Part shown: positions 36,076 to 47,600 of the stretch, one piece after another
Layout: the number at the start of each line of letters is the position of its first letter
Position numbering within the stretch: the first letter of the stretch is position 1
Assembly (NCBI GenBank): GCA_010909165.1
Contig: VJWM01000151.1
Location: 1-64,000, forward strand
Reading direction: 5' to 3'
Length of the DNA stretch: 64,000 bases
Source: Anthoceros angustus
Lineage: Eukaryota; Plantae; Anthocerotophyta
Program-made: the position numbers and the translations under genes
The notes under the pieces: generated by a model
Told to the model about the DNA's origin: nothing
The model's input: the letters and a program-made list of their open reading frames with translations, nothing else
Databases searched by the model: none

Positions 36076-36681
36076 ATGGAGAGTGATAAGAAGGAGAGCT
36101 GTGAGCACCTCAAACATCAGTCCTTAATAGTGGAAGGACTGCTTGGTGGGAAAAAGGTATCCTTCCTTATCGATGGTGGGTCATCTCACAGCTATGTGAG
36201 AGCTGAAGTAGCTCGAGATGCCCCGGAAGCCATGTGGTATTGCACAGAGACAAATCAACAGATGAAGTTGGCCAACGGAACAGTGGAGCAAATTGTTGTG
36301 CATGAGATAATGACAGAGATTAGTTTTCAAGGGTATGCTGACCAGATTCGCTTGGAAGTTATTGACGCCGCCTCCGAGGTTTTGCTTGGGCAAGATTGGC
36401 TTTGGAGAGTAGATCCAAACATATCTTTTAGGAGACACGTGATGAGCTTGCAGTGGAAAGGCAAGGAGTTGGAGATACATGGAGCTGCACAAAAACATGA
36501 CAGCAAATTGTTTTCATCCAGAAATGCTAGAAGAGCTATCCGGAAGGGAAAGCTAGAGTATGCTGCTGTCCTTTTCAGTTGCTGTCAGCTAGAGCAAGTG
36601 GATGAAAAGCAAGCTAGAGAAGGAGAGGCACCACCTGAGATGTTTGAGCTTTTGTCCAAGTTTGCAGATGTATTCTCATAA
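36076..36681 (+). pseudogene. pol: Aspartic protease region of pol
   Basis: VSFLIDGGSSHSYV active-site motif, KLANG, and VLLGQDWLWRVDPNISF. Confidence 0.9.
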
Positions 36682-38900
36682 ATGCAAGGGCTGCCACCGA
36701 GAAGAGAAGTGGACCACGCCATCGAGCTGGTGCCAGGAGAAAAGCCCGTAGCCAGGCCACCTTACAGGCTAGCTCCCCCAGAGAACATGGAGGTTCAAGC
36801 TGCAGTGGATGGACTGCTGAAGAAGGGGCTGATCGAGGAATCAGTGTCACCTTATGCTGCTCTAGTTCTCATAGTCAGGCACAGAAACGGTAAGATCAGA
36901 ATGTGCATTGACTATAGAGGGTTAAATGCATCCACGATCAAGAATAAGTTTCAAATGCCTAGGATAGAAGAGATTTTGGATAACCTCGTGGGTGCTAGAG
37001 TCTTCAGCAAGGTTGATCTTCAGAGCGGCTTTCACCAAATCAGAATTCGTGCTGGAGATGAATACAAGTCCGCCTTCAGAACAAGGTACGGGCACTACCA
37101 ATTCCTGGTGCTGCCCTTTGGCATGACAAATGCGCCCGCCAGCTTCACAACCTTGATGATGAAGATTTTGAGGCCCTATCTAGGGAAATTTGTTGAGGTA
37201 TTTGTGATCTACATCTTGGTCTACTCTAAAAGCGAGAAGAGCACAAGGAGCACTTGGAGTTAGTGTTCACAGACTAAGGAAAACCAGCTATTTGCTAGAC
37301 AAAAGAAGTGTGAATTCTTTAAGAACAAAGTGAACTACCTGGGGTTTGTGGTTTCATGATGGAGTGGAAGTTGACCAGAAAAGTGAAGCTCATCTGGATG
37401 GCAACCGACCTAAGCGAGCTCCAACAATTTCGGCATGACTGTCAAATGAAGAGCTTCATTCCGTGGTTTGCAAGGATTGGGTCTGAGACTTGACACAAGA
37501 ATGCAAAGTTCCCATGTCGAGCCGCAAAGCAAGCATTTGAAGAGTTGAAGAGAGTCAGCATCAACCACAATTTTGACCTTGCCCGATCTCAACAAAGCCT
37601 TCGTAGTGAGCGATGCATCGATTATGCCTTGGGAGCGTCTGCAACAAGAAGGAGAAATGTAAGTTTTTCATCGAGCTGGTGCGAGCAAAGCCAGAGCCTG
37701 CACAGCTAGCTCCCCCAGAACATGGAGGTTCAAGCTGCGGTGGATGGATCAAGAAGGGGCTGATTGAGGAATCGGTGTCACCTTATCGCTCCAGTTCTCA
37801 TAGTCAAGCACGTAAACGGTAAGATCGAATGTGCATTGACTATAGAGGGTTAAATGCATCCACGATCAAGAATAGGTTTCAAATGCCTAGGATAGAAGAG
37901 ATTTTGGATAACCTCGTGGGTGCTAGAGTCTTGAAGGTTGATCTTGAGCGGCTTTCACCAAATCGAGTCGTGCTGGAGATGAATACAAGTCCGCCTTAAC
38001 AGTGCAGGCACTACCAATTCCTGGTGCTGCCCTTTGGCATGACAAATGCGCCCGCCAGCTTCACAACCTTGATGATGAAGATTTTGAGGCCCTATCTAGG
38101 GAAATTTGTTGAGGTATTTGTGGACGACATCTTGGTCTACTCTAAAAACAGAGAAGAGCACAAGGAGCACTTGGAGTTAGTGTTCACAGCACTACGGGAA
38201 AACCAGCTATTTGCTAGACAAAAGAAGTGTGAATTCTTTAAGAACAAAGTGAACTACCTGGGGTTTGTGGTTTCAGCTGATGGAGTGGAAGTTGACCAAG
38301 AAAAAGTGAAGCTCATCTGGACTGGCCGCAACCTACTGACCTAACTGAGCTCCAGCAATTTCTGGGCATGACTGTCCAAATGAAGAGCTTCATTCCGGGG
38401 TTTGCACGGATTGCTGTGCCGTTGACAGACTTGACCTGCAAGAATGCAAAGTTCCCCATGTCAGAGCTGGCAAAGCAAGCATTTGAAGAGTTGAAGGGAG
38501 CTGTAGCATCAACCACAATTTTGACCTTGCCTGATCTCAACAAAGCCTTCGTAGTGAGAACTGATGCATCAGATTATGCTTTGGGAGCTGTGCTGCAACA
38601 AGAAGGGAGAAATGTAAGTTTTCGTCGAGCTTCAAGGTCGAGAAGAATTACACACACATGACAAGGAGATGCTTGCGAATTTATGCTCAAGACTTGGCGA
38701 CATTACTTGTATGGCTCGATTCACGGTGTTCACGGATCATAGGAGTTTGGAACACTTCTATAAGCAGCCGCTCTTGAACCCGAGGCAGAGAAGATGGGCT
38801 GAGATAATTGCTGATTTCCACGTTACTATTTCTTATAGTCCAGGAAAAGCAAATTTGATTGCTGATGCATTAAGCAGGTTACGCTGCAGCAACATGACAC
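36682..38900 (+). pseudogene. pol: Reverse transcriptase and RNase H, with a tandem duplication of 36722-37670
   Basis: [40 protein letters not shown] (second copy, ~38110-38140), LGFVVS, TDASDYALGAVL, TDHRSL and ADALSR. Confidence 0.95.
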
Positions 38901-39079
38901 TGAAGTTAGAATCAAATTTATGGAAAGAAGTGCGGCACAAGTTACTTGAAGATGCTACTTTGAGCAGCATCTTGCAGAGGCTAGAAGACAGTCTCTCAAC
39001 TGGCAGGCCGACGGAATTGGGAGACTGCTACAGCATCCACCAAGGATGTTTGTTCAAGAAGGGAAGGTTATGCATACTC

Positions 39080-40130
39080 GAGAGTTGCTCGGAATTGAAG
39101 CTTTCCTTATTGCATGATGCCCATGATGCACCAACAGCAGGACACATGGGGATAGATAAGACGGGTATCAGCGAAGGAGCATGTCGGTGGCAAGGCATGA
39201 AGAACAAAGGCATCAAATAAATGCGAGTGCTTACCTTGTCATCCAAAGCGTTGAGAAGAGCACCAGCAGCTTGCTTATGCGTTAGAGGTGCCAAGAGAGT
39301 GGGCAAGCATGGCTTGTGATTTTGTGACATGCTTGCCGAGAACGCAGAGAGGACATGACGTGTGGGTGTGTGTAGACAGAGCCACCAAGCTTGCTCACTT
39401 TATTCCGTCAAGGGCACAAAGCCAAGCAACTAGTGCCTTTGTTCTTGAAGGAGATAGTTCGCGCATGGTGTGCCACAAGAAATTGTGTCGATAGAGATGC
39501 AAAGTTCTGTCTCTTTTGGAAGGAGTTTTGTGCAAGCTTGGGCATGAAGCGGTGTTTGAGCTCGGCTTACCATCCTCGATCGGCGACGGCGGAGGCAAAA
39601 CCAAACGATGGAGGATTTGCTGCGTCCTTACTGCCATGACCGTCAGAGGAATTGGGAAGAAGCGCTGCCACTTGCTGAGTTTGCTTACAACTCAGCCCGT
39701 CACTCTGCAACTGGGTATTCGCCTTTCAAGCTGACATATGGAAAGAATATTCCACCACCAAGTATGTGGCCAGTGTTGCAGGGACAGCAAAGGTCAATCA
39801 CCGAGCTGAATGAGAGCATGCGCCAAGATTTCCAGGAAGCTGTGCAGAGAATGGCAACAATCAATGATCAGAGAGCAAAGCACGCCAACAAGAAACGAAG
39901 AGATGAACAGCACGAGGTTGGCGACCTAGCGTGGCTGAGAGTGCGCCCTAATAGGTACTCCAAGCTGCAGGAAGGTAAGGCCAAGCTCGCCTATAGGTAT
40001 GTCCGTCCATTTGCTGTTAGCAGGAAGGTCTCCACAGTAGCTTATCAACTAGACCTTCCAGCACATTGGAAGATGTGCAAGACCTTCCACGTTTCCTTGT
40101 TGAAGAAGTTTGTAGGAGTCCTTCCATCAC
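39080..40130 (+). pseudogene. pol: Integrase with GPY/F-like C-terminal motif
   Basis: HDAHDAPTAGHMGIDKT, CDFVTCLP, VDRATKLAHFIP, DRDAKF, SSAYHP, AEFAYNS, and YRYVRPF..AYQLDLP..FHVSLLK. Confidence 0.95.
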
Positions 40131-40304
40131 AGCGGTTTCTAGATGAGGCATCTGCGAGAAAACAAGCAAGGAGAGGGAAGGAAGGCGTAGTTCACCGAGT
40201 TCGAGCTCCTTAGAGAAGGAGAGCCACCCGCCAAAGAAGACATTCGAGGAAGGAGGAGGAGGAGTAAGCATGAAGGGCAGCCTCTCAAGCGCAAGAATTT
40301 CAAA

Positions 40305-40517
40305 GTGGGAGATGCCCTTATCTTGCAGCCAGCAGCCATCCTAGCCACAAGGGAGCGAGCTCTGCGTGGCCGGACCATCCGAGAATTCCTGGTGAGTTGG
40401 GAAGGTGACAACCCAGAAGAACCCAGTTGGGCATCTGAAACATTTGTGGATGCTTTCCAACATCTGGCCAAGTTCAGAACGGATGGATTGGGCCCAAGTC
40501 CTCCTGCGGAAAGCTAG
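40305..40517 (+). CDS. Chromodomain at the end of pol
   Basis: AILATR..REFLVSWEGDNPEEPSWASETFV matches the chromodomain pattern (Y/F)LVKW-G..E-TW. Confidence 0.85.
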   Translation: MGDALILQPAAILATRERALRGRTIREFLVSWEGDNPEEPSWASETFVDAFQHLAKFRTDGLGPSPPAES

Positions 40518-40531
40518 AGGAAGGAGGAGGA
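40517..40531 (+). promoter_or_regulatory. Polypurine tract AGAGGAAGGAGGAGGA
   Basis: Directly precedes the 3' LTR. Confidence 0.9.
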
Positions 40532-40854
40532 TGTCACGGCGGATTGAGCAAGCTCCGGTAGTGAAGGACATAGTCAATTGCCGTGCTATGGTAGACACCG
40601 ACCGAGCCAAGTGATCTCGGCGGAGTGGCGGCATACATGGTAGCCGTAGCACGAGGCAGCTAGAGGCAGTGGGTTAGTTAGAGCGAGTGACTAACCTAGG
40701 GCAACTAACCATAGTTAGCCAAACTCTAGTCGTGCACAACATTTGAACACGTGCTTTCCGAGCAGGGGCGGCCACTTGAGCCTGCCCAAGATCCAAGGGG
40801 ACGAATTCCTTTCCAGCTCTTGGTGAGTCGCCCATCTCGTGATGCCGCCATACA
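40532..40854 (+). repeat. 3' LTR (323 bp)
   Basis: TGTCAC...CCATACA followed by the TSD AGGAT. Confidence 0.95.
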
Positions 40855-41645
40855 AGGATGACTACAATTCAGTAGGAAGTAGGGGATTTGTAGGCGCCCG
40901 AGCTAGCAGAATCGAGTTTGGTAGGAGTAGATAGTAGGTAAGTCGCCTCAGGACGTCGAGGTGGTCCAAGACTTGGTTAATTGAGAGAACCCCAGGATGT
41001 CCTAGACTTAGCAGTTAGAGAAGGGAGGCGGGGAGAGTAGGATATGTTAGAAAACCCATTTGATACACATATAGGGGAATTAGGGTCTATTATGACATCC
41101 GAGAACAAAGTTCCTTGGACTTCACTATAAATATCCAAGCGGGTAGGAAGTCCTTGGCCTTTGGGGTTTCGGTAGAAAGTTCCTTGTCGAGACCATGGTA
41201 GAAAAAGGATATGAGATAGAGCCATGCATTTCGCGAGCCAAGGAGGATAACTTCCTTGGAATTCGGGAAGGGGTTCAATTTCTCGAATGTCACGCAGAGG
41301 GCTATATATACATGTCGCTGTATATAGAAGATGAGATTTTGATGATCGTGGATCATCGAGGAGGACACGTGGCGCACATCGAGATGGGGCGCAACTAGGG
41401 ACGGATACCAAAGGATTATCACGAGAAGGAAAAATGATTCGTGCATAAGGCAGCACCATCGTCTGAGGAAAGGAACTTCTATAAGCTAGGACTAGACAAA
41501 GTAGTTCAAGGTGTTTGGAGGGCTAACAAATTGCAGCAGGTGGCGGAGGCCCTCTACACATACTAAGGAGGTGGGGGACATTATTCTGCATGAAGTGATC
41601 AAGAAGATTTTGATTTTGAGCTTTTGGTGGTCCACTATGCAAGGG

Positions 41646-44600
41646 TAAAATTTGATAGATAAATCAATGTGATTGCACAAGACGATGTCTCACAAAATGT
41701 TGCCGCACTGACATGATAAAAGGACGAGTAAAAAATCACAATCTACATGAAAATTAGGGCCCATATCAAAATTTAGTAATTCCTTCTAGTGCTATGCTAT
41801 TTGAGAACAATCTTATTTTCATAGTAACCTTTAAATATGATTAGTTAGATGTTATTAATCAATCCTTGGCCTTTGAAAATCGGACCTTCTATAATGTCTT
41901 TGATTGACCCTACCATATGTCAAGATTTAAACCAAAATACAAATCAAAATTTATCCTTGGCCTTTGAAAAGTAGTCTTCTTTGATTTTGAGTCCTTGGTC
42001 TTTGAATCTCTCTACTTTTGACTATAAATGTGCCACCAGCCACACTAATTAGTTATCAAACAAGCTCAACCTTTGACGACCCTTGGTGCATTTCCATGAG
42101 TAGCTAGTGACTTTTCAAGCGTGAAGTTACAACATTTTGTGGACGCTTTCCAACATTTGGCCAAGTTCGAACGGATGGATTGGACCCAAGTCCTCCTCGG
42201 AAAGCTAGAGGAAGGAGGAGGATGTCACGCGGATTGAGCAAGCTCCAGCCTGAAGGACATAGTCAATTGCCGTGCTATGGTAGACACCGACCGAGCCAAG
42301 TGATCTCGCCGAAGGCGGCATACATGGTAGCCGCAGCAGCTAGCTAGAATAAAGAGGTTAGTTAGAGCGAGTGACTAACCTAGGGCAACTAACCATAGTT
42401 AGCCAAACTCTAGTCGTGCACAACATTTGAACACGTGCATCAGGGCGGCCACTTGAGCCTGCCCCAAGATCCAAGGGGACGACCCAGCCTCCGCCTTGGT
42501 GTCCGAGTCGCCCATCTCGTATGATGCCGCCATTACAAGGATGACTACAATTCGTAGGAAGTAGGGGATTTGTAGGCGCCCGAGCTAGCACCCAGTTTCA
42601 GACGAGTAAGGTAGATAGTAGGTAAGTCGCCTGTAGGACGCCCCAGGTGGTCCAAGACTTGGTTAATTGAGACTCAGGATGTCCTAGACTTAGCCAAGAA
42701 CGGGTGCAGAAAGGGAGGTGAGAGTAGGATATGTTAGAAAACCCATTTGATACACATATAGGGGAATTAGGGTCTATTATGACATCCGAGAAACAAAGTT
42801 CCTTGGACTTCACTATAAATATCCAAGTGTAGGAAGTCCTTGGCCTTTGGGGTTTCGGTAGAAAGTTCCTTGTCGAGACCATGGTAGAAAAAGGATATGA
42901 GATAGAGCCATTTCATGAGCCAAGGAGGATAACTTCCTTGGAATTAAGGGGAAGGGGTTCAATTTCTCGAATGTCACGCAGAGGGCTATATATACAACGC
43001 TTATACTAGATAGAAGATGAGATTTTGATGATCGTGATCATCGAGGAGGACACGGGCGCACATCGAGATGGGGCGCAACTAGGGACGGATACCAACCGGA
43101 TTATCACGAAGGAAAAGTCAGATTCGTGCATAAGGCAGCACCATCTGAGAGAAAGGAACTTCTATAAGCTAGGACTAGACAAAGTAGTTCAAGGTGTTTG
43201 AGGGCTAACAAATGGTACAGATGGCGGAGGCCACATACTAAGGAGGTGGGGGACATTATTCTGCATATGTGATCAAGAAGATTTTGATCAAGAAGCTTTT
43301 GGTGGTCCACTATGCAAAATTTGATAGATAAATCAATGTGATTGCACAAGACGATGTCTCACAAAATGTTGCCGCAATGCTTATGATAAAAGGACGAGTA
43401 AAAAATCACAATCTACATGAAAATTAGGGCCCATATCAAAATTTAGTAATTCCTTCTAGTGCTATGCTATTTGAGAACAATCTTATTTTCATAGTAACCT
43501 TTAAATATGATTAGTTAGATGTTATTAATCAATCCTTGGCCTTTGAAAATCAGACCTTCTATAATGTCTTTGATTGACCCTACCATATGTAATCAAGATT
43601 TAAACCAAAATACAAATCAAAATTTATCCTTGGCCTTTGAAAAGTAGTCTTTGATTTTGAGTCCTTGGTCTTTGAATCTCTCTCAAGACTACGGACGACT
43701 ATAAATGTGCCACCAGCCACACTAATTAGTTATCAAACAAGCTCAACCTTTGACGACCCTTGGTGCATCATGAGTAGCTAGTGACTTTTCAAGCGTGAAG
43801 TTACAACATTTTGTTTTGGTGACAATGGTGTCTGAAAAGGTTTTGAAGAATTTGATGAGGAAATCAAGCCCGATTTCCAAAGAGGATTCATCGCAATTGT
43901 TCACCGTTAGTATCCGTTGCAGACGGATAAAACTTGTGTTTTATTGCAGACGGATAACATTTCCGTTCCTGTTGCTCATATGTCCGTAGCTTGTTCACCA
44001 TGCTTCTTAAAACTTGAGATATCCTTTATCAATCATAAGATGTCGATAAGGAGGTTATGAAAACACTTGACATGGAGCACCGTGAGAAAAATGCTTGTGG
44101 GGCTTCTATCGCCTCAACTATTATGGTGCATTTTAGAGTGGAAACCATAACATGCATCGTTGCAACCTTAACATGCATCGCTTGCAACCTAAGAATTCTT
44201 CAAGCACGCTTTCAAGAAGATCACGCCGAGGTTACCTTCTTGTAAGATCATTTGATAAGCGTAAAGAGCACAAGTTACACAATCATATTCTTGAATTGGT
44301 GGAGAAAGGAATTCTTCAATTTTGAAATGGATGATCACACTTGCAAAAGGAATGTAAATGCAAGATCATATTCATTAATTTATTTTAGCAGTGATATATT
44401 CATTTTATTCTCTTTCCTACTTCATGTTTTGAAATGTTTGCAAACCATCATTATGTTACCGAGATCATTTAACTGCCACCTGGCGCTGCGTTTTCGTCGT
44501 CCACCTTTGTAACCGCAATTTACAAAGACCGCACGGATCTCCATCGTAACACGGCCCCTAGAACATCTAAATCTGCCTTTGCTTCAATCTGACAAATGTT

Positions 44601-47600
44601 GCACTTGATCCGGGAAGGCCCGCCATTCAACGCGCCTCCTTAAGATATGGGCTATTGAGCTCCAAGAAGTCTCTGGAGGCGCGAGTGGATGCCCGAGCCG
44701 TGAATTTTTTGTCTTGAAATACTTGGGAAAGATGGTGCGGATGAGAAACACCAAGGGAAGCGGAGCACAACCTTGATTTTGGTACAAGCGCCGAGAGTCT
44801 ACCATGCCAATTTTTCACAACGCTTGGATCTATTGGGTGTCGTTTCTAGTTGCGTCTTCTAGAAGCCCTGCCGATAACCGCTCCATAATGAAATGCTGGT
44901 AAGTAGCTTCTAGACAAGGTTTTAGTATAGTTAATTAGCAATATTCTAGGAAAGTGATAAAATAGAAATAGTGATAATATAGAAGAAAATAGAAAGAGTG
45001 ATAATATAGAAGTTGCCATGGGTGCCCTAGTCTATATATGTCCTATATACTCACACATATATATGTCCTATATACTCACACATATATTATGTATCTTGTG
45101 TTGGGTTTTCTATGTTATCTTAGGTTATAATTATTCTAAAGTAGGTATTTGTTTTCATATCTTTGTGTTTGGCCTCTAAAGTTGTCTGTGCACCTTGTGA
45201 ACACGAAACGTGGTACAAGAATAACCGAGGCGTTAAAGAATTTTAGAGTATTAAAATCGTCACACACCATCCAAGAAAAACACATAGCTTGATTAGAGAA
45301 AGCTCTAAGGAAAAGAAATGGCTGCTCAATGTACTTCATCTAGCATAAATACGTGGTGACAAGAGGAGGTTTAACGGGTCCGAAAATACCAATGATAATA
45401 GGAAAACGCGTTACTACGTGAAAAAGATTCAACGACCAAGTTCAAAAGGAAATCGAGATTCACATGGTCAAGCTCCTCAACTACTTCAAAGAACTCGAAA
45501 CCCAACTGCTTACTCATCCGTTTATACTTTGAGTTCTATCCATATGTCATTCCACAAACCTCCTCTACATCACAAGACGCTGTCCGCCACACAACAATTT
45601 TGGACATAATATCAACCATACTTCAAAATTTTACGATGGGAACGATATCAAAATTCCAATCTTGTTCAAGGATGCCCTCGGGCATATTTTGAAAATTATG
45701 GGCAAATGACTAATACGAGGGTCTCATCACCTACTTCTGTGTTGGATCCAACCATGTTCAAGGATATCCACGTGCACATGTTCAAGGTCATGCGAAAATG
45801 ATTAATACTACTAGGGCTGCATTTTATGATGCGAACAATATTCAAACTCCAATCATGTTCAAGGATGCCCTCCGGCATATTATGAAGATGATGTTAAAAT
45901 GACTAATACTAGGGTCCCATCACCTAGTTCTCGTGTTGGATTTGATCGTGGTCAAGGATATCCTCGCACATATCCAAGGTTATGTGGAAATGACTAATAC
46001 TACGGTCTAGCCACCGTGTTTTCGAGGATGATGTAGGGATTACTAGAAGCCATACGGAAAATAAAAGACTACAAGAAAAATAGTATGGTATTTGCGCCAA
46101 CAGTCTTATGCGGAAAAAGCTAGCATGCAATCATTATGCCGTGGAAAATGCTTCAATTGATGGAAACAATTACGACAACAACATAGCTGGAAAAACGAGA
46201 TACTACGTAAAATAGCGATGAATTGGCTCAAGCTGCCAAAGTGTCCCATCAATTATTTCCAAACTAGGCAATGCTACACCTATAATTTTAATGAGATCAA
46301 GGCCTCATTTGATCGCAAAGAGGAAAAATTGGAAAATGGAAAGTGCTTGCATATGGACTTCAAGTACGAATGGAACAATTTCTTGCAATAAGCAATTTAC
46401 CTAAGCCAAGTCCTTCATATGACAACAATAACTGGATCAACATCGACATTATGTGAAAGAAATACGAAATTGGATGGATAGATCAAATGTTATTGCACAA
46501 GACGATGTCCCACAAAATGTTGCCCCACAAGAAACTACAATAAAAGAAGGAGTATAAATCAAGATTTATGTGAAAACAATGTCGACCACACTCCAAAATT
46601 TTATGATAGGAAGCCCGGATATAAAAACCCCAATCATATTGAAGGATGCCCTACGGCATATGTTGAAAGTTATGCGAAATTCCTAATACAAGGGTCCCAT
46701 CACCTAGTTCCCGTGTTGGATCCAATCATGGTCAAGAGTATCCTCCAAGGTTATTCAAAATTCCTAATACAAGGGTCACTAATACAAACACGAAAAGCAA
46801 TATGGTAATGGTAACAACCCGTCCTTCTCTAGAAAATCCTAGTACCATGCAACCATTGCATGACGCCGAAAATAAAATGCTTCAATTCATGAAAACAATG
46901 AGGACAACATAGGAGAAATAATGAGACAATGCTTGCTGAAACAAATAATGAAATGGCGCAAATGTGTCAAACTGTCCCATCAATCATTTCCAAATAAGAG
47001 AAAGCTACACCATTAATCTATCTTTAATGCAATCATTGCCTCATTTGATTGCAAAACGAAGAGGAGAATTTGGGAAAATGAAAAGTGCTTGGATATAGAC
47101 GTCAAATACGAAGAAACAATTTCTTGCACTAAGAAGTTTACTTAAGCCAAGTCCTTCATGTGACAACAAAATTGGATCAACAACAACATTACGTGAAACA
47201 AATATAAAATTTGATAGATAAATCAATGTGATTGCACAAGACGATGTCTCACAAAATGTTGCGCACCGCTTATGATAAAAGGACGAGTAAAAAAAATCAC
47301 AATCTACATGAAAATTAGGGCCCATATCAAATTTAGTAATTCCTTCTAGTGCTATGCTATTTGAGAACAATCTTATTTTCATAGTAACCTTTAAATATGA
47401 TTAGTTAGATGTTATTAATCAATCCTTGGCCTTTGAAAATCGGACCTTCTATAATGTCTTTGATTGACCCTACCATATGTCAAGATTTAAACCAAAATAC
47501 AAATCAAATTTATCCTTGGCCTTTGAAAAGTAGTCTTCTTTGATTTTGAGTCCTTGGTCTTTGAATCTCTCGCACTACTGACGACTATAAATGTGCCACC

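Larger units (their letters stand above)
32308..40854 (+). mobile_element. Full-length Ty3/gypsy chromovirus-type LTR retrotransposon (8547 bp including a ~950-bp internal duplication)
   Basis: TG..CA LTRs, 5-bp TSD AGGAT (32303-32307 and 40855-40859), PBS, PPT, domain order gag-PR-RT-RH-IN and a terminal chromodomain. Confidence 0.97.
27920..41645 (+). repeat. Segmental duplication, copy 2, interrupted by the chromovirus (32308-40854)
   Basis: Homology to copy 1 starts at AACAAAATCATCGAAGG (27920), breaks at 32307, resumes at AGGATGACTAC (40855) and ends at GGTCCACTATGCAA (~41642). Confidence 0.95.

Noticed and set aside
44584-44818. Recurrent minus-strand ORF MVDSRRLYQNQGCAP.. as a gene
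   Set aside because: It recurs only because it lies in the tandem unit. Its length and frame vary between copies and it has no recognisable motif.
44779-45226. TGGTACAAG motifs (two per macrosatellite unit) as a tRNA-iMet PBS
   Set aside because: Only a partial match to TGGTATCAGAGC, not directly after a CA LTR end, and no PPT was identified. Noted but not called.
43319-47210. Macrosatellite unit as rDNA intergenic spacer or 5S array
   Set aside because: No 5S, 5.8S, 18S or 25S sequence was recognised anywhere in the unit.
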